A stretch of DNA of 64,000 bases from Octopus vulgaris (GCA_951406725.2 OX597823.1:36828001-36892000); one strand, 5' to 3'; positions 1 through 14,330 are shown, counted from the first letter of the stretch. Notes: generated from the letters alone by a model not told the origin. Numbers and translations: made by a program.

Positions 1-3000
1 AAACTTGTCATCTTTGGGATTAAGATAGTTAAAAAGAGGGACATTAAATGTATCATTGAAAGTTTTAAGTGAAAATGTGAAAAAAAAAAAACTTGGGGAA
101 AAAAACTACCCCACTTCAGACCAATATGTAGTCTTATAGATTTGTTAGAAAGGAGCTGTCATATTCATGCCCTTCCCAAACTGATATTGATATATGTCAG
201 CTGTGAATTTAGATCAAAGGCATTCCAAATATGACCATACTTTTTTTTTCACCTGTTTTTATGTATAATGTATCTAGAATTACATTATGCAATGTGTCCT
301 TCAAACAGTGAAGTGTTGAGAGAATTTGGGTGCTATTTCCAGCAGGTGGGGCAACTCTTATTTGCTCCAGGGGCCAGTTGGTACAGTCAACAACATGGGT
401 TTTATACATCCAATATTTGATAATATCTTAAACAGATTTAAAATCCCCCTCATCTCCCTCCAGTACAATACACTTTGATCAAATCATCTGTTACAAATTT
501 GCTAATGGACTTAAGACTAAAGCCTACAACTTCAAAAATTTCTAGGGATTTTAGGGTGTTAGGTTTTTAAGTTTGAATCCCACTGAGAATATGTACATAT
601 TGGAGCAGCCCATGCTGCAGCTATTGTATTTTCTCTGAGCAAGGTGCTTGACTCAGCTTTCCTAAGACTATTTTTTAAGAAATCAACATTATATTTTCTC
701 TTTCTCACTGAAACATGTTTGTATGTGTAAACTTATAAATGTATAATACAATGTATGTGTGTGTATGTATATGTTCATATATATATATATTTATAAATAC
801 ACACATATATACACACTCCAATATGTATATAATGTTTGTATGTATAGTGTATGTCTGTGTGTGTATGTTTATTTAGAAATGTGTGTGTTTCATGTAATGC
901 CTCTATATATTTATTTCTTTGTGTTTATATATTCCATCACATCACCTGGTTTCTGTAAATGATGGTTAAACAGCGATATGACCTACAATTTTAAGAAGCA
1001 TTGCAACTGGATTTACACACACATTCATTTTTCTGTTGATGAGGAGCAGTAACTTCTAAGGAAAACTAATTAAAAGTGTATCTTTATATACTCATGCCAT
1101 ATATGCATACATACATACATACATGTGTGTGTATATGTACTGAATGAGTATAGGTATATGTACACTTGCATATACCTAAAATCTTACAGGGAACTTTGAA
1201 AATCTTTACAGATTATCTACAGAAATTTAATGATTTATGTTTAAAAATGTAACTTTTGACAAAAGTACGCTAATTGTATAAATGATAGTTGAAGGGTTAA
1301 TATGTGAAAGAAAAATTATTAGGAAGATTGTAATGAGTTTTTTTAAACAGTAAAACTTCTGAGCCTCTCTCTATATGTTCCCCTCTACACACATATATAT
1401 GTATGTGGGTGTTTACATGTATGCATATAAATGTATGATGTCTGTAGCCTCATACACACACATATCTCTGACATTTTGATAATCTGTTTTGAAATGGTCA
1501 TTCCTTAAATCCCTTTTAACCCCGACAATATCAAAATTGGAAGTTATTTGGGCAGAAGGGACTTTCTTTTTCCTTCCTCCTTCTTTCACCCCCCTGTTAT
1601 ATATTACTGCACTATATTCTTAAATTTTTGCAATTTCTAGAGTATTAACTCCCCCTCCCTAACCACCCTGGAATTGAAGGAGTAAAACAATTCAGTGAAA
1701 ATTATAGGTTGGCATTTGTACTTTGGCTTCTCATTGGTTGACCAGTATCTACCTTCTTCCTCACTTCTCATTAGTTAGTGCACTTTCAAACATTTATTTA
1801 ATCAGCCTCATCTTCAGCTGCATATTCAGTTTTATAATGATTCTGAGCTTAAAAAAAACTATTGGAGAAATAAATTCCGTTTTTGTCTTTTTATTTATTT
1901 GTGTCTCAATTATTATTATTATCATTATTATTATTAACCAAAATTTCATAGTTGTCCTATGAGCTTGTTATTCTGTATATTTATAGTTTTGCCACCGGAT
2001 ACAGATAAACTACATTGATTACTACAAGAAAATTAGTTTATATTTTTTATGCTTTTCTCACAAATTTTTTCCTAAATCTGTTTCGAAACTATTTTCATTA
2101 TTATCAATTCTATTGTGTTTTTGACATGTTTTTATTGTTTATTGCATTCCTCCATTTCTTCTGCTAAACTTTCTACTCAGTTTTGGTGTGAGGTGTTTTT
2201 GCCAAATATTCTACTGAGAAGAAAAAAAACAAATCCTTTATTTTTTTGGCTCAGCACTTCAGATGCCACTGCTATCAAGTTTGAAACACTCCAACAATTC
2301 CAAATATTTAAACATATCAGTTTCCAATTTTTTTTTTTATTGTTGTTTTTTTTTTTCTTCCTCTGATCTACCACTTAGGAAATTAAGGATTGAAGGATTT
2401 AAGCTAAGATAAAAATGTTAGACTGCCCTCACAGCTGCCAATTTTCTGGCGCAACAGTTTTTGGTTGTTCTTTAGTATTGTTGAAGTTTTATGTTGGCTT
2501 AACCCTGGCAAATCCAAGGGGCTAATAGTTTGAAATAGCTTCACTAAAACTAAAACCAAAATGGAAATGTTTTTGATGTTAGAGATTTGAAATGTTTTAG
2601 CTTCTTTCAACCACATTTTCACACTTTTATTATCATATTTCTGTTGAAATACATTACCTTTCTTTCAATTAATTTTCAAAATAATGAAGAATTCATTAAT
2701 AAACTGGTATTTGGAACATAAATTAATATGAAATTTTGATGGAAGGTTTGAATTAAAATTGACTTTAAAACAAAGTTTGTATCATTGAACCAGTGGTGGT
2801 CCTAGGTTAGTTGGTACCAAAAGATTTCATGAACATCTTGATTATTTCAAAATTAGCTTTATTAAAGATATTTTTTGCAGCCCTGTTTGAATGGTGGTGG
2901 TGGTATGTGTTCAGAGTTATTTCATTCAAAGCACATCTTCATCAACACAGTCTCATGAGATTCAGTTGATAATGAAAACTGAGCTCTAGTTATATTGTTG

Positions 3001-4029
3001 TGCGAGAGCAGCTTGCTCTTTCTCTTGTATTGTGATGTTTCAAATACTAATAGTAGATCAGGGTTTACAGATATTAACTTTTCAAGCAAAAGCTGGAAAT
3101 GTAAAGATGGAGGATCAGTTTTCCCTGGATAAGATGCTGGTTTATTACAACTGAAGCTCCATATCTAGTAGGGACATCTGTAATAGCTTTATTTTTGATA
3201 ATACACCATGTCTTCATGGTAACAGAACAGTAATAAAAAGTGGGTTTATTTGAGTCTTCTTTTGGTTGATCTTGTAATATTCAAAATTCAAAAGGTAGAG
3301 TTTCCTTTGACAAGAGAATATATTTTACTTAGAGTTTTCCAACCCTTTTAAAACCACTGTTTCAGGACAAGTATTTCATACTTAAAGAAAAAACAAAAAA
3401 AAAACATGTATTATGTGCTTCGAACAAATTATCTTTAAGGTTTTACTGCTGATGTTTTAACTGCATCCTATCATGAAATATTATTTTAATAACTCATTTA
3501 AGTTACTAACATTGCAGAACCAAACCATTTTAATGGAGAAAAGAGTGGTTGAAGCATTCAAAATTAAACCCCTGTAATAATTATTTTTCTAATATCTTTT
3601 GGTTAAAATATGTTTAAGGATTTTTGACTAGCAGTCTCTTGTTAAAAGTGTCCTCTTTATCTCTTCAAAATAGTTAAGTCACATATATAAAAATTTTCTC
3701 TTTATATATCAATAGGATGGAGGTGGTGGTGGAGGAGGTGTTGGACTAGAAGAATGTAGTGGTGTTTAGTTCTAGTTCTTCAGTCAGAGTGCTGTTGAAG
3801 TTGACTTTGGTTTTCATTCTTCTGGATCTCAAAAAATAAAAATACTACCTGAGTACTGGAATCAATATAACTAACTGTCATCTCTCCAAAAAATGAATAT
3901 AGCCAGTTAACCTTTGATGGATACCTCTGATCACTAAAAGCTTAAGCAATTAACTGCTTGCTTGCTATATGTACCAGAAACATTTTGTCAAATAACATTT
4001 TGGATGTTTTGTTAGTTATGAGACAGAAT

Positions 4030-4555
4030 CATTTCCATGCTGTACAAAATGCTTAGCAATTTTTGTTTGTCTCTGTTTTGAGTTCAAATTCTGCTGAGGT
4101 CAATTTTTGCCTTTCATCTTTTTGGGGTCAATGAAATAAGTATCAGTTGAACACTAGTGATGCTGCAATCAATTAACCTCTTCCCTTAACATCACTGGTC
4201 TTGTGTCAAAATTAGACTAGTATTAAGGTGGCAAGTTGGCAGAATTGATAGCATGCTAGAGAAAATGCTTCTTTATGTACTGATTAAAATTCTGACTTGG
4301 ACTTTCATTGTTTTAAGGGTCAAAGAAATAAGTACCAGTTGAGTACTGAGGTCAGTGTAATTGACTAGCCTCCTTCCCTGAAATTCCAGGCCTTGTGTCT
4401 GTCTTTACATTCTGTGTCCAAATTCCACTGAGGTTGACTTTGCCTTTCATTTGTTCAGGGTCAATAAAATAAGTACCAGTGAAACACTGAGGTTGATGTA
4501 ATTGACAAGTCCCCTCACCTCCCAAATTTCAGGCCTTCTGCCTTTAGAAGAAAGG

Positions 4556-4614
<59 letters not shown>

Positions 4615-4990
4615 GGTGGCAAGCTGACAGCCTCATTAGCATACTAGACAAATTGCTTAGTGGCATTTCTTCCGACTCTTCATGTTTGATGTTGATAACT
4701 GAGTCAAGAACTGTGGTTGATGTAATTAACTACTCCTCTCCCTTAAAATTGCTCTGCTGGAATTTGAAACCATTGCTATTTAGCAATGCTGAAGAGTGAC
4801 AGAATTGTTAGCACACTGAACAAAATACCCTGCACTTGTTCCTGTTCTTTACATCAAATCCTGCCATGGTCAACTTTGCCTTTCATCCTTCTGGGATTCA
4901 TAAAGTACTAGGTTTGAATACTGGATTTGAATTAATTGAGCTAACCTTCCTCCAAATGTCTGGGCTTTGAAATTCATATTAGAAACAATT
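4030..4990 (+). mobile_element. Head-to-tail cluster of ~5 decayed tRNA-derived SINEs (family A, central TTTGCCTTTCATCC...AAGTACCAG domain), one with an (ATT)n tail
   Basis: Recurrent motifs aaggtggcaag..ggcagaat, aaatgctt, gagttcaaattc, gactttgcctttcat, aaataagtaccag at ~4040, 4225, 4420, 4613, 4790; (ATT)n at 4556-4612 follows ...gaaagg. Boundaries approximate. Confidence 0.85.
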
Positions 4991-7139
4991 GTCATATCAT
5001 AGAGAGTTGTTGAGGGATCAGGTCTGTTGACTAACTTTGATTTCCTCTTGTATAAAACTTTCATTTCAAATAAATTGCTAATGATTTTAAGAGAGGTCTG
5101 GACAGGACAACATCAAGAGAGATTTGGACAGGACATCAAATTGCTCTTAAAATCTTAATTCTTCATACTCATAAAACCTACTTCACTCAATGATCCTGCG
5201 TCTTAATGTATAGACCTGGGTCGGATTTTATGAGGAAGACTACAATGTCCTCTGTAATGCAAGTCTCTTTTCTCTCCACATCATTATTGTTTCAGGGGTT
5301 ACTGTCAGAATATAAGGAGCCTGGACACTAATTGTATGGCATCTTGCTTTGAAGTCAGAGCAGAGTGAGTCAGAACAACAACTGTGGGTCAATTTGTACA
5401 AGACCCTAATGATTCTGCTTTAATACCTGCATCATAGATAATATGTCTTCATTGAGATTTTAAATCTAGTCCAAACCAATTGTGCTTTTACTTTCCCTAT
5501 TGTTTATAAGTACCAGTCATATACTAGTGTCAATTTAATCAGTTACACAATACGTGTAAAAAAAAGAGCCAGGTTGAGTAGTTGTAACCTATTACAGATA
5601 TTTGTTGTCTGTGTGTGACAATGTGTGGTACCTGTATGTTGATTTTGTGATGTGATTCATTGTGTGACTGATGCTTGTCAGTGTGTGATGATGTGTGACT
5701 TGCTTGTGACACCTTGCTTCAAACTGATACTACCACTCAAGTATTGTAATGACCATGGAAATAAACTACAAAATCATGAGTTCAAATACTTTTTCTAGTG
5801 TTGTGAAGAAACAGGTCACAGCTATATTGCAACTTTGATAGGTACATCATTATTGTATGGTACAAAGTTGAAAATTTGGTGTGGTTGATCTAACCTCATC
5901 TATACTCCGGCAAATTTTTAATAATAATATTGAAAGAAGTTTTTCTGTGAAGCTATCATGTAAAATAAAACTATTGAACTCTAGATATATCCCTTGGAAA
6001 CAAACATCTACATCAGATTATCCCATGATAAAAGATGTTTACTAATATTTGAAACCCTAGATAGACCTTCTTTTAAAACCCAAAGGGTTTTTGCGCGTAT
6101 CTATGTCTCCTTCACATTAAAAGGTTATACTTCTCCCTCATAATATCTTCATGTTGTAATAAGTTACTAACATCTAGAACAATTACAGCCATTGCCACCA
6201 CCATCATTACAACCACTGAAACTAGTTCTATCTCTTATATACTGTTAACTGCCTTGACTCTACAGCACACTACTTTGGCCATCAATCCACCATTATTTTA
6301 TCAAACATCCACTTCCTTCCAGCTGTGTCCACTGGTTTCACTATTTATCTAATGGTTTTGTTTCACCTTTCAAACTATGCCTCACTTGAATACACAGATA
6401 CCTTTATCTTTTAACACTTGTAAACAGTTTATTGGCCTTATTGAGAGAAATATGCCTGGAAGATATCATGGTGCAGGCACTATCTGCAAGAATTTACCTG
6501 ATCTTATTGATTCCAGTGCTTATTTTATCAAATTCTGTTTGTTGAACTGCTAAGTTACAGGGATACAGCATTAAGAACACTGGTTCATGTTGTGTGCCAT
6601 GACATGACCACTGGCTCAATTGTTTCTCTTATTGGACAAAAGATGAAATGGAGAGAGAAAGAAATAATTGCTAGATATGCTGAGTTAATTGAATATTGAT
6701 GTATATTGTTTTACAATACTGGTGTTATAACTCTGTAGAGTTAAGTAGTTCTTGTCTGTATATTGTGCTTAACAATAGCAGTGAACATAACAGATAATGC
6801 GTATACAAATGTATAACATTGTTTAATGCACAAATATAGAATGGCATTAGATGTAAAAATGTCTCAGAGAAACTTGTCATAGAGTTGTGTGTTAAAAACA
6901 TGGTTTCACATGGTGGCTATTAACATGAGTGCTGAATTAAACATAATTAGTGGGCATGAAGGTTTAATTATTCAATTATAATGATAATTATTATTACATG
7001 TGGAACACTGCTGAGCACATCCACCCTTCCCTGCTCAGTTGTCTCAATTTCTTCCCGAACTCAATTCAAAACACTTTTGGAGGATTTTAATGAGTATCAC
7101 AACTTGCTTTACTGTTCCCTTAGAGCTATCAACCAGAAA

Positions 7140-7540
7140 TTTATTGGTGAACGATGACAAGTATGAGTGTTCTATGGCACTCCGTCGGTTCCAGTTGATC
7201 CAATCAACGGAACAGCCTACTCGTGAAATTAACGTGCAAGTGGCTGAGCACTCCACAGACACATGTACCCTTAACGTAGTTCTTGGGGCGATTCAGCATG
7301 ACACAGAGTGTGACAAGGCTGGCCCTTTGAAATACAGGTACAACAGAAACAGCAAGAAAGAGTGAGAGAAAGTTTTGATGAAAGAGTACAGCAGGGTTCA
7401 CCACTACCCCCTGCCAAAGCCTTGTGGAGTTTTAAGTGTTTCCACTCAATAAACACTCACAATGCCTGGTCTGGGAATCAAAACTGCGATCCTACGACTG
7501 CAAGTCTACTGCCCTAACCACTGGGCCATTGTGCCTCCAC
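7140..7540 (-). mobile_element. tRNA-derived SINE (family C)
   Basis: Minus strand starts TGGAGGCACAATGGCCCAGTGGTTAGGGC (A box), TTTTGATTCCC (B box-like). The 3' half (GGGCCAGCCTTGTCACACTCTGTG...GAGTGCTCAGCCACTTGCACG) matches the copies at 22561 and 49525. Confidence 0.85.
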
Positions 7541-8405
7541 ATGAATGTTTTAAAGCAGTGATATATAATATTTTGCAGAAGGCATTTCATACGGAAAACA
7601 TTTTGGACCATTAAATATAAATTTACTTTAAATTACATTATGTAACAATGGGACATAAAACTAGTTAAGGGCCAACAGGTATCCACCTGGATCATGTTAT
7701 GCATTACTGATTTTTAAGAAACCAGTGAAGGTCAATAGTTCAAGTTATTTCACTTGTAAATATTTTTCGGAAAGGCATGAACATCACAATGTACTTCCTT
7801 ACAGATATAACAGGAAAAATTGTTTTGTGTATTTATCATTTATTAATTATTAAAATTCTCCTCTATAAGACAATATTTTTAATTCAATTTATTGCTGTCT
7901 TAGTTATATAAGGTTATTGAAGTTTCATTCATGCTGAGATTTCTTGGCTAATTGATATAATTAATTATTGGTCATTAACTTGACTGAATGTTTAAGAAGT
8001 TTATTTTGTAATCATGACGTTTCTGGTTTAATCCCAAGTTGTGTGACATGTGGAACAAATATCATTTACCATGGCCTGGAGTAGACAGAAACTGTGTTGA
8101 ATGGATTGTACCAGTAATTTAAGTGGTCCAACCTTGACATACGCTGTATCACATTAATCCTACCTCAGGCTTATGTTGAAGTACATGGGTCTGTGGAGTA
8201 CTTTGCTTCGTATATCAATTTAATGAGTGTATAATTAAATAAACAACTGAATATGTCTCATGAAAACTAAGATCCAGGTTAAAGCAAAATTAGTGTGATG
8301 GTTAGTTAAGATGTCATGATTAAATGAAAGCGCTTTGTGTAGTGTTACACCAAATAATCATACTGATGATGGTGATGATGATAGCAATGGAATCTTTGTG
8401 TTTAG

Positions 8406-8492
8406 TATTTTTGTTGTTTCTTACAATACTGTGGAAACAATGTCTACTGAAAGAGGGAGAAATAGTTTCTTTCTATGAGAAGACTTTTGCCA
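8406..8492 (+). CDS. Candidate 87-nt internal exon (phase 1-1), xFLLFLTILWKQCLLKEGEIVSFYEKTFA; host gene unidentified
   Basis: Acceptor tttgtgtttag| at 8405, consensus donor |gtaagt at 8493, open frame, length a multiple of 3. No homology recognised. Confidence 0.3.
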
Positions 8493-9836
8493 GTAAGTGC
8501 TTGAGATATTCAGTTTGTTGTGATGCTTGTCTTCATTTTGTTTCAAGTTAAAATGGAAAGTTTCTTCAAAAACCTAACTACTGTCTGTAAGGGGCATCAC
8601 ATTTCTTCTTCCATTCCCAGAGATTTTGGAATTAGTTTTAGCTGAAACAATAGAACACTAGACTATTTAGTTGTGTTTGTATGTTTTGAGTTCAAATCCT
8701 GCCAAGGTCAACTTTGCCTTTTAAGTATCCAGGGTTTATAAAGCAATCACTCCCAGAATTTGACTGGTACTTCAGTTGACTACACTCATTCCTGGAATGT
8801 CTGGCTTTGCATCAGCATTTAAAATCCTCATTATAATTATCATAATTCTCATTAATTAGTGCATCAAGTTAGTAATTCTTTGGTTAGTAGAGGCCAGATG
8901 ATCTTAAAGAGGTTCTGTCTTACAAAAAACCACTTCCATTCAACATAGCTACTAACACCAGTAAGATGGTTGCTCAACCTATTAGAAGCAACTGTCAAAT
9001 CTATTTCAGATTACATTTCAGTCTTTAAATAGAAATGAATACATTAGATAATATTAACTTAGATACCTACCAAAATCAGATGAGATAGTCATAGTTGCAA
9101 TGCCTTTAATCATAGACTTGCTTTACCTGGGGGTAAACTATGGCAGCCTCCAAAGTGAGCTTCTTCATGGTTATCAGAAATTACAGCCAAATCTTTCTCA
9201 GATCACACAGTAAAAGAGATATTTGATAAAATAGTCTAGGGTATACAACAATTGAACAGTAAGACAGGATAGCCATGGCAGGAAATATTAAACAGATTTA
9301 TTCTTAGATCTATTTAATCACAGTTGAATGTTCTCTTGTGATCACTGCTCTAGAGTTCAGGGATGTTAAACATCAACAGTAGATAACCTCTGTCATTGAC
9401 CTTTGACATCACTGACCTCTACATGTCAAATATTTTTAGTTCAGTCAGAGTTAGTAAAGTTTCACTGAGATTATTCTTGATTTTTAGATTAAAGTTTTGA
9501 GTTTGACTTATGAAAGAACATCCTCATTGTTTTAATGTCCACTTTTCCATGTTTGCATAGGCCAGACAAAATTCATCAAAGCAGATTTTCTACAGCCAGG
9601 TTTCTTTCCTGTTGCCAACCTTCACCTGTTTCAAGTAAGGTAAAATTTGCCCTTGGGCAAGGATGTTTTCATGAAAGACTGAAAATGAGGGACTCTGCGG
9701 ATACGATGGAGACACTTGTTAATAACTATCCTGTGATGCCAAGAAGGCACACACACACACAAACACAAATACAGGATGAATTTTGTTCAGTTTCTGTCTA
9801 CCAAATGTACCCATAAGGATTTGGTCAGCAGAAGAC

Positions 9837-9937
9837 ACTCACCTTAAGGTACCATGTGGTTGGCCTCACACTTTAGAGGGAGAACTACTCACCTTAAGGT
9901 ACCATGTGGTTGGCCTCACACTTTAGAGAGAGAACTA
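9837..9937. repeat. 50-bp tandem duplication
   Basis: actcaccttaaggtaccatgtggttggcctcacactttagag(g/a)gagaact occurs twice with 1 mismatch. Confidence 0.95.
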
Positions 9938-10893
9938 AGTCATGTCATGTTGATCAGTTGAATTTATTGTTATAATTATCAAAATCTGCTAATAGCTGTT
10001 CAATATCACTGTAACCAGTAATTTTAATTGGTGAAATATTAATCAAACAGAAAAATACACCAGAAAAGTCTGTCTTTGCCGTTGTAATTTTCTTTTGATA
10101 TTCGTCTTTGCCAATCTCTTTTAATCAATAAAGGTCTTATTGATTTCCTAGGTATACACAGTTTTGTAGTCATCAGACAGTCCTCCCATCAATCTATTAC
10201 TTTATTGATAAATTGATTTATCAAATCAAGAAATGTTTTCGGAATTACATAATTGAAGATGTGTAAGTCTTAGATACAAGCCAAAACTTATAGCAGGGTT
10301 ATAAGATGAATAAATTCTTTTTGCAGCCATGTGGACCATGGTTTGATTCTAGAACAAATGTCTCCTGTCTAATCTCAGGCTGGTGCCAGAGCAGAATAAG
10401 ATTTGGCTCCTCTTAATACTATCATATGAGCTGTCATCTCCTAGTATAGACCACTTCTCAGTGTTTGTGGTCCTGCAAGCTGCATAGCAACTTCACTAAT
10501 GCTGGTGCCATGACAAAAGCACCCAGTGCATGCTGTTAAGTGATTTTGTATGTCTCTTACTCTATATTTTACTTCCCCCTCATACTTTCTTTTTCTCACT
10601 CCCCCTACCTCTCTCTCTCACATTTCTGGGCCCTCCCTTTTATCTCTGTCCTTCTAATTTTTGTTTCTCATATTCACCTTTGTATCGTCTATCTGTCCAA
10701 ATGTTTTATTGTCCTCTATTGCGTTTTTGTTCCATTTTATATATATATAACTAATAATCTCTCACTGACCTCACAAATTAATGCTCTATAGTCAGAATTA
10801 TGATTTAACTGTGAAAACTGGTTTTAAACACTATCTGTCTCTGTTAGTCTCGCTCGGTTCATCTGTTATCATTAAAATTATTATTATTATTAT

Positions 10894-11425
10894 TGAGTAA
10901 GAGAGCCATGCATGCCATCAAAGTGACACTGGGGTAAAATATATGAAGCCCAGTATACCCATCATTACTACCCATCTGATAAGGGTACACCAGGCACATG
11001 CATCACAACCATATGTGCACGACATGGTGATCTCATATCAAGATTAACAGCGCATGACCTTGCAGGTGGGGCCCAGCTAGAATTTTCTTCAGCTCAAGTA
11101 GTCCATTCCGCTCAAAGCGTCCCTGAATAAGGGTTGTTTAAAGGTGTTGAACGAAACACCCATGTTTCCACAGGTGAATTATCCAAACCCCAAAGAAATC
11201 CTCTCAATGCATGGTTATGATGCTGCTTGTGATCAGAGATGCACATATCGTCAGCCACTAAGGGACATGCTCAACTGGTTAAGGTCAAACAACTGACAAA
11301 CAAATCTGTGGTATAGAGTAGAATATTAGTTGTAGCCCATCTTTTATACCAAGACAAAACAATGTAAATGATAATACTTCCAATCAATTAAGATGAGAAG
11401 CCATGAAAGCCACTGCCTAGTACTG

Positions 11426-11428
<3 letters not shown>
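10894..11428 (-). mobile_element. ~535-bp non-coding interspersed repeat inserted in (ATT)n; second copy at 50507-51013
   Basis: Clear reverse-complement similarity to 50507-51013 (e.g. catgaccttgcaggtggggcccag, gtgacactggggtaaaatata); (ATT)n on both flanks. Strand assigned by analogy to the Dong orientation. Confidence 0.8.
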
Positions 11429-11456
<28 letters not shown>

Positions 11457-11649
11457 GATAGTGATGGTAGGACATATTACTCTAGAGAAAAATAAATGAT
11501 AAATGGTCAATTCCTAAAACTAAGAATTAACAGTTCTTATTTTTGGGAACTAATTTACAAGTTAGAAGTGGAAGTCCTTCTAGTTCTTGTATAAGTGTAG
11601 CACATGATGTAATTTGTGTATATAATGTATGATCTATTATTATGTTCTA

Positions 11650-12000
11650 TTTTGTTTCACTCATTGGACTGTAGCCATGCTGAGGCACTGCCATGAAGGG
11701 TTTAGTACTTATTTTGTTTTTAAGCCTGGTACTTATTCTGTTGGTTCCTTTTGCTGAGCCACTAAGTTATGAGGACATAAACAAACCAGCACCAGTTGTC
11801 AAGCAGTGATGGAGGACAAACACAAAGACATGCACACACACACACATATAATGACAGGCTTCTTTCAATTTCCAGTTACCAAATCCACTCACAAGGCTTT
11901 GGTAGAAGACACTTGCCCAAGGTGTCATGCTGAAGGACTGAACCCAGAATCATGTGGTTGAGAGGCAAACTACTTATCACAAACCCACACCTGAGCCTAT
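11650..12000 (-). mobile_element. tRNA-derived SINE (family B, CORE-like CACCTTGGGCAAGTGTCTTC), CpG-decayed
   Basis: Aligns by eye to the 49075-49470 copy, including the internal (CA)n and the 3' CAGCATGGC..CAGTC end. Confidence 0.85.
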
Positions 12001-12369
12001 GCTATTTATGTGTATATAACATGAGATGTAATGTGTGTATAATGTGATGAAAAATTAGTAATTTATTTCCTACTTCTATGATAAAATCAAATGCTTGATG
12101 TTTTGTAGTCAGATGTATCCATCCCCTGCAGGGATCAGAACAATTGGTTTTCAGCTTTCAGATAAAGGGAAGGGTAGGGGTGGGTAAAGATTCAGGTCAC
12201 TGTATATTTGTCCAGAGATGTAACAGTAAAAGTGGAATAAAACACCCTGCCATCTTTGAAATAATTTCTTGAAACCAGGAACAAAGTAGACCTTTGCTAG
12301 GATAATGGTGCCATCATAAGAATCAATTCCAGTATATTACTGGTAGTTATTTTGTCAACATTTTATTAG

Positions 12370-12452
12370 GTGTGAGTGAAAATGCGAGTCTCTGTCTAGG
12401 TACTCCAATATTTCCATTCACATCTAGGAGGCTTCATTGGAATATAAATTGA
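12370..12452 (+). CDS. Candidate terminal exon (phase 1): xVSENASLCLGTPIFPFTSRRLHWNIN*
   Basis: Acceptor attttattag|; 26 sense codons in phase 1 while the other two phases stop within 3 codons; retains a CpG. No homology recognised. Confidence 0.25.
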
Positions 12453-13007
12453 TACCAGCATATGACTGGCATTTCAGTAAAGTTTGAGCTTCCAATATAA
12501 CAGGTTAAAACCAAATAAAATAAAGAAATTTGTCCAGCTGGCTTCTTGTTTCAATCAAAATAGTTTCTGATATGGTTGCAAATATGTAGGGAAGAAGCAT
12601 ATGTTTGTATGTGTATTAACGTTTGGTTTTATGTCAAGTTGTTATACATAAAAACAATTTAACCTGAAATTGAAGGATCACTCAATACTTTTTGTAGAGT
12701 TCAGGTTTGTTATTAAATTTTTGCAAGGAAAAGGTTGACTATGATTTGGAAGTTATTTCAGCTTGCTTGCCTTTGTCAAACAGTCGAATAAAAGTAAGCA
12801 AGCCAAAACTACTTTGAAGTAAATGCAAAAGTTTTAATAAGCACACACATACAAGTGTGCGTGTGTGTGTGTGCTTATTTAAACTTATTATTATTAAAAT
12901 TTATTGAAACCCACACGCACATGTGTGTTTGTTTGCATGTATGTATGTTTAATTCTGTATGGATGAAACAAAATCAACATCTAAGTAGTTTTCTTTTTTC
13001 AACTCAG

Positions 13008-13105
13008 AAATACATGAAGAAGCTAAATATTATGAAACATACTGCGATTCCTGCAGAAGACAATTCACTCACTCAAATGATGAAGACATAAATAACTCCA
13101 AATAA
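13008..13105 (+). CDS. Candidate terminal exon (phase 1): xIHEEAKYYETYCDSCRRQFTHSNDEDINNSK*
   Basis: Strong acceptor ttttcttttttcaactcag|; protein-like composition; followed by AT-rich UTR-like sequence with AATAAA at 13458. Phase 0 is also open for 27 codons. Confidence 0.35.
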
Positions 13106-13749
13106 TGTTGCAATAGAAATCTTTACTATCTAAATATCATCTCTATTTAATCTCTTTCTCCTATAATTTACATCTCTTTTTCATTTCTATTTATTATGAA
13201 ATATTTGGGTTTTTTCTTCATTTCTTTTGAGATTATTCCAATATTTATTTACGATATCAAGCTTCATTTGTCAGTGTGCTAGCAACAAAAATATGTGTGA
13301 AATTCCTTTGCAAAACTTTAACTACTAAATATAATTGAATTAATGAAATTTAATCCAACAGAAATGTGGAGTGGAAGGAAACACATTTTGACAATTTTTG
13401 ATGAACAGAAAAACAAACCAATGAAAAAATATATTGATTTATGAAATTAATGAATGAAATAAATGAATAAATAAAGTAGATTTTGCTCTATTTTCTTGAT
13501 TGTGGTTATATGTAAATCACTAAAGATACTCACACATGCATACATATATAAACACACACAACAAAACACGATTTTTGTATTTCAGAATATTATTGTATTT
13601 CTTCTTTTGAATTTTTAATACATATACTTATATACATTTACACACACACACGTATATACACATCATTATTTAACATTTGCTTTCCATGCTGGCATGGGTT
13701 GAATGGTTTGATAGGAGGTCGTGCACTAGAGGACTATACAGACCTCTGA

Positions 13750-14330
13750 GATATAATCATCAGCAAAGTGTATAAGTGATGTGGTGGCTTGTTGTTGGTG
13801 GTGGAGCATCCAACATTATAAAGGGTGAGAATGAATGGGAGGTCTGAGAGAAAGAGGACAGGAATGGAGCAATAGACAGGCAAGAGTGGAGAGAAATCCT
13901 GAATCCTTAAAGAAGAGGTGTAGGGGTTGGTGGAGATAGGTCAGAGTGGGGAGAGATAAGGATAGATTGTGAGGAGGTGGAAAAGCTGAAGGATAAAAAT
14001 AGTGAGAGAGAAATGAGAGTGAGCGTGTGAGAAGAGTGGGTGGAGGTGCTGGAGAGTGGCATACGTGTAAGGGAAAGTGAATTCAGTGAAAACATCCAAA
14101 CAAGGGAGGCAGTGGAAAGAGGATGGTGAGAGAAAAGGGTATGGAGAAGAAGTACATGGGGGCAATAAGTGCAGTAAGGTCAAAAGAAAGGGCTTAGAGG
14201 GTATTCCAGAGATAAGAAGAGGTGTTGGATGGCAGTGAAGGTAACCTGGGAGAGACTGTGCTGGCTGTTCATTAGCAGGATGGAGGGGGGCGACGAGTGA
14301 GGATGAAGTGGCAATCATAGAGGTGTTTTG
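13750..14330 (-). pseudogene. Highly decayed LINE reverse-transcriptase remnant (clade uncertain)
   Basis: Minus strand CTTATACACTTTGCTGATGAT = LIHFADD (RT YADD-type motif) at ~13755-13780, downstream of CT-rich decayed coding-like sequence. Confidence 0.35.

Noticed and set aside
2881-2958. PCLNGG (EGF-like start) after an acceptor in phase 0
   Set aside because: The remaining EGF cysteine spacing is absent and the frame stops; likely chance.
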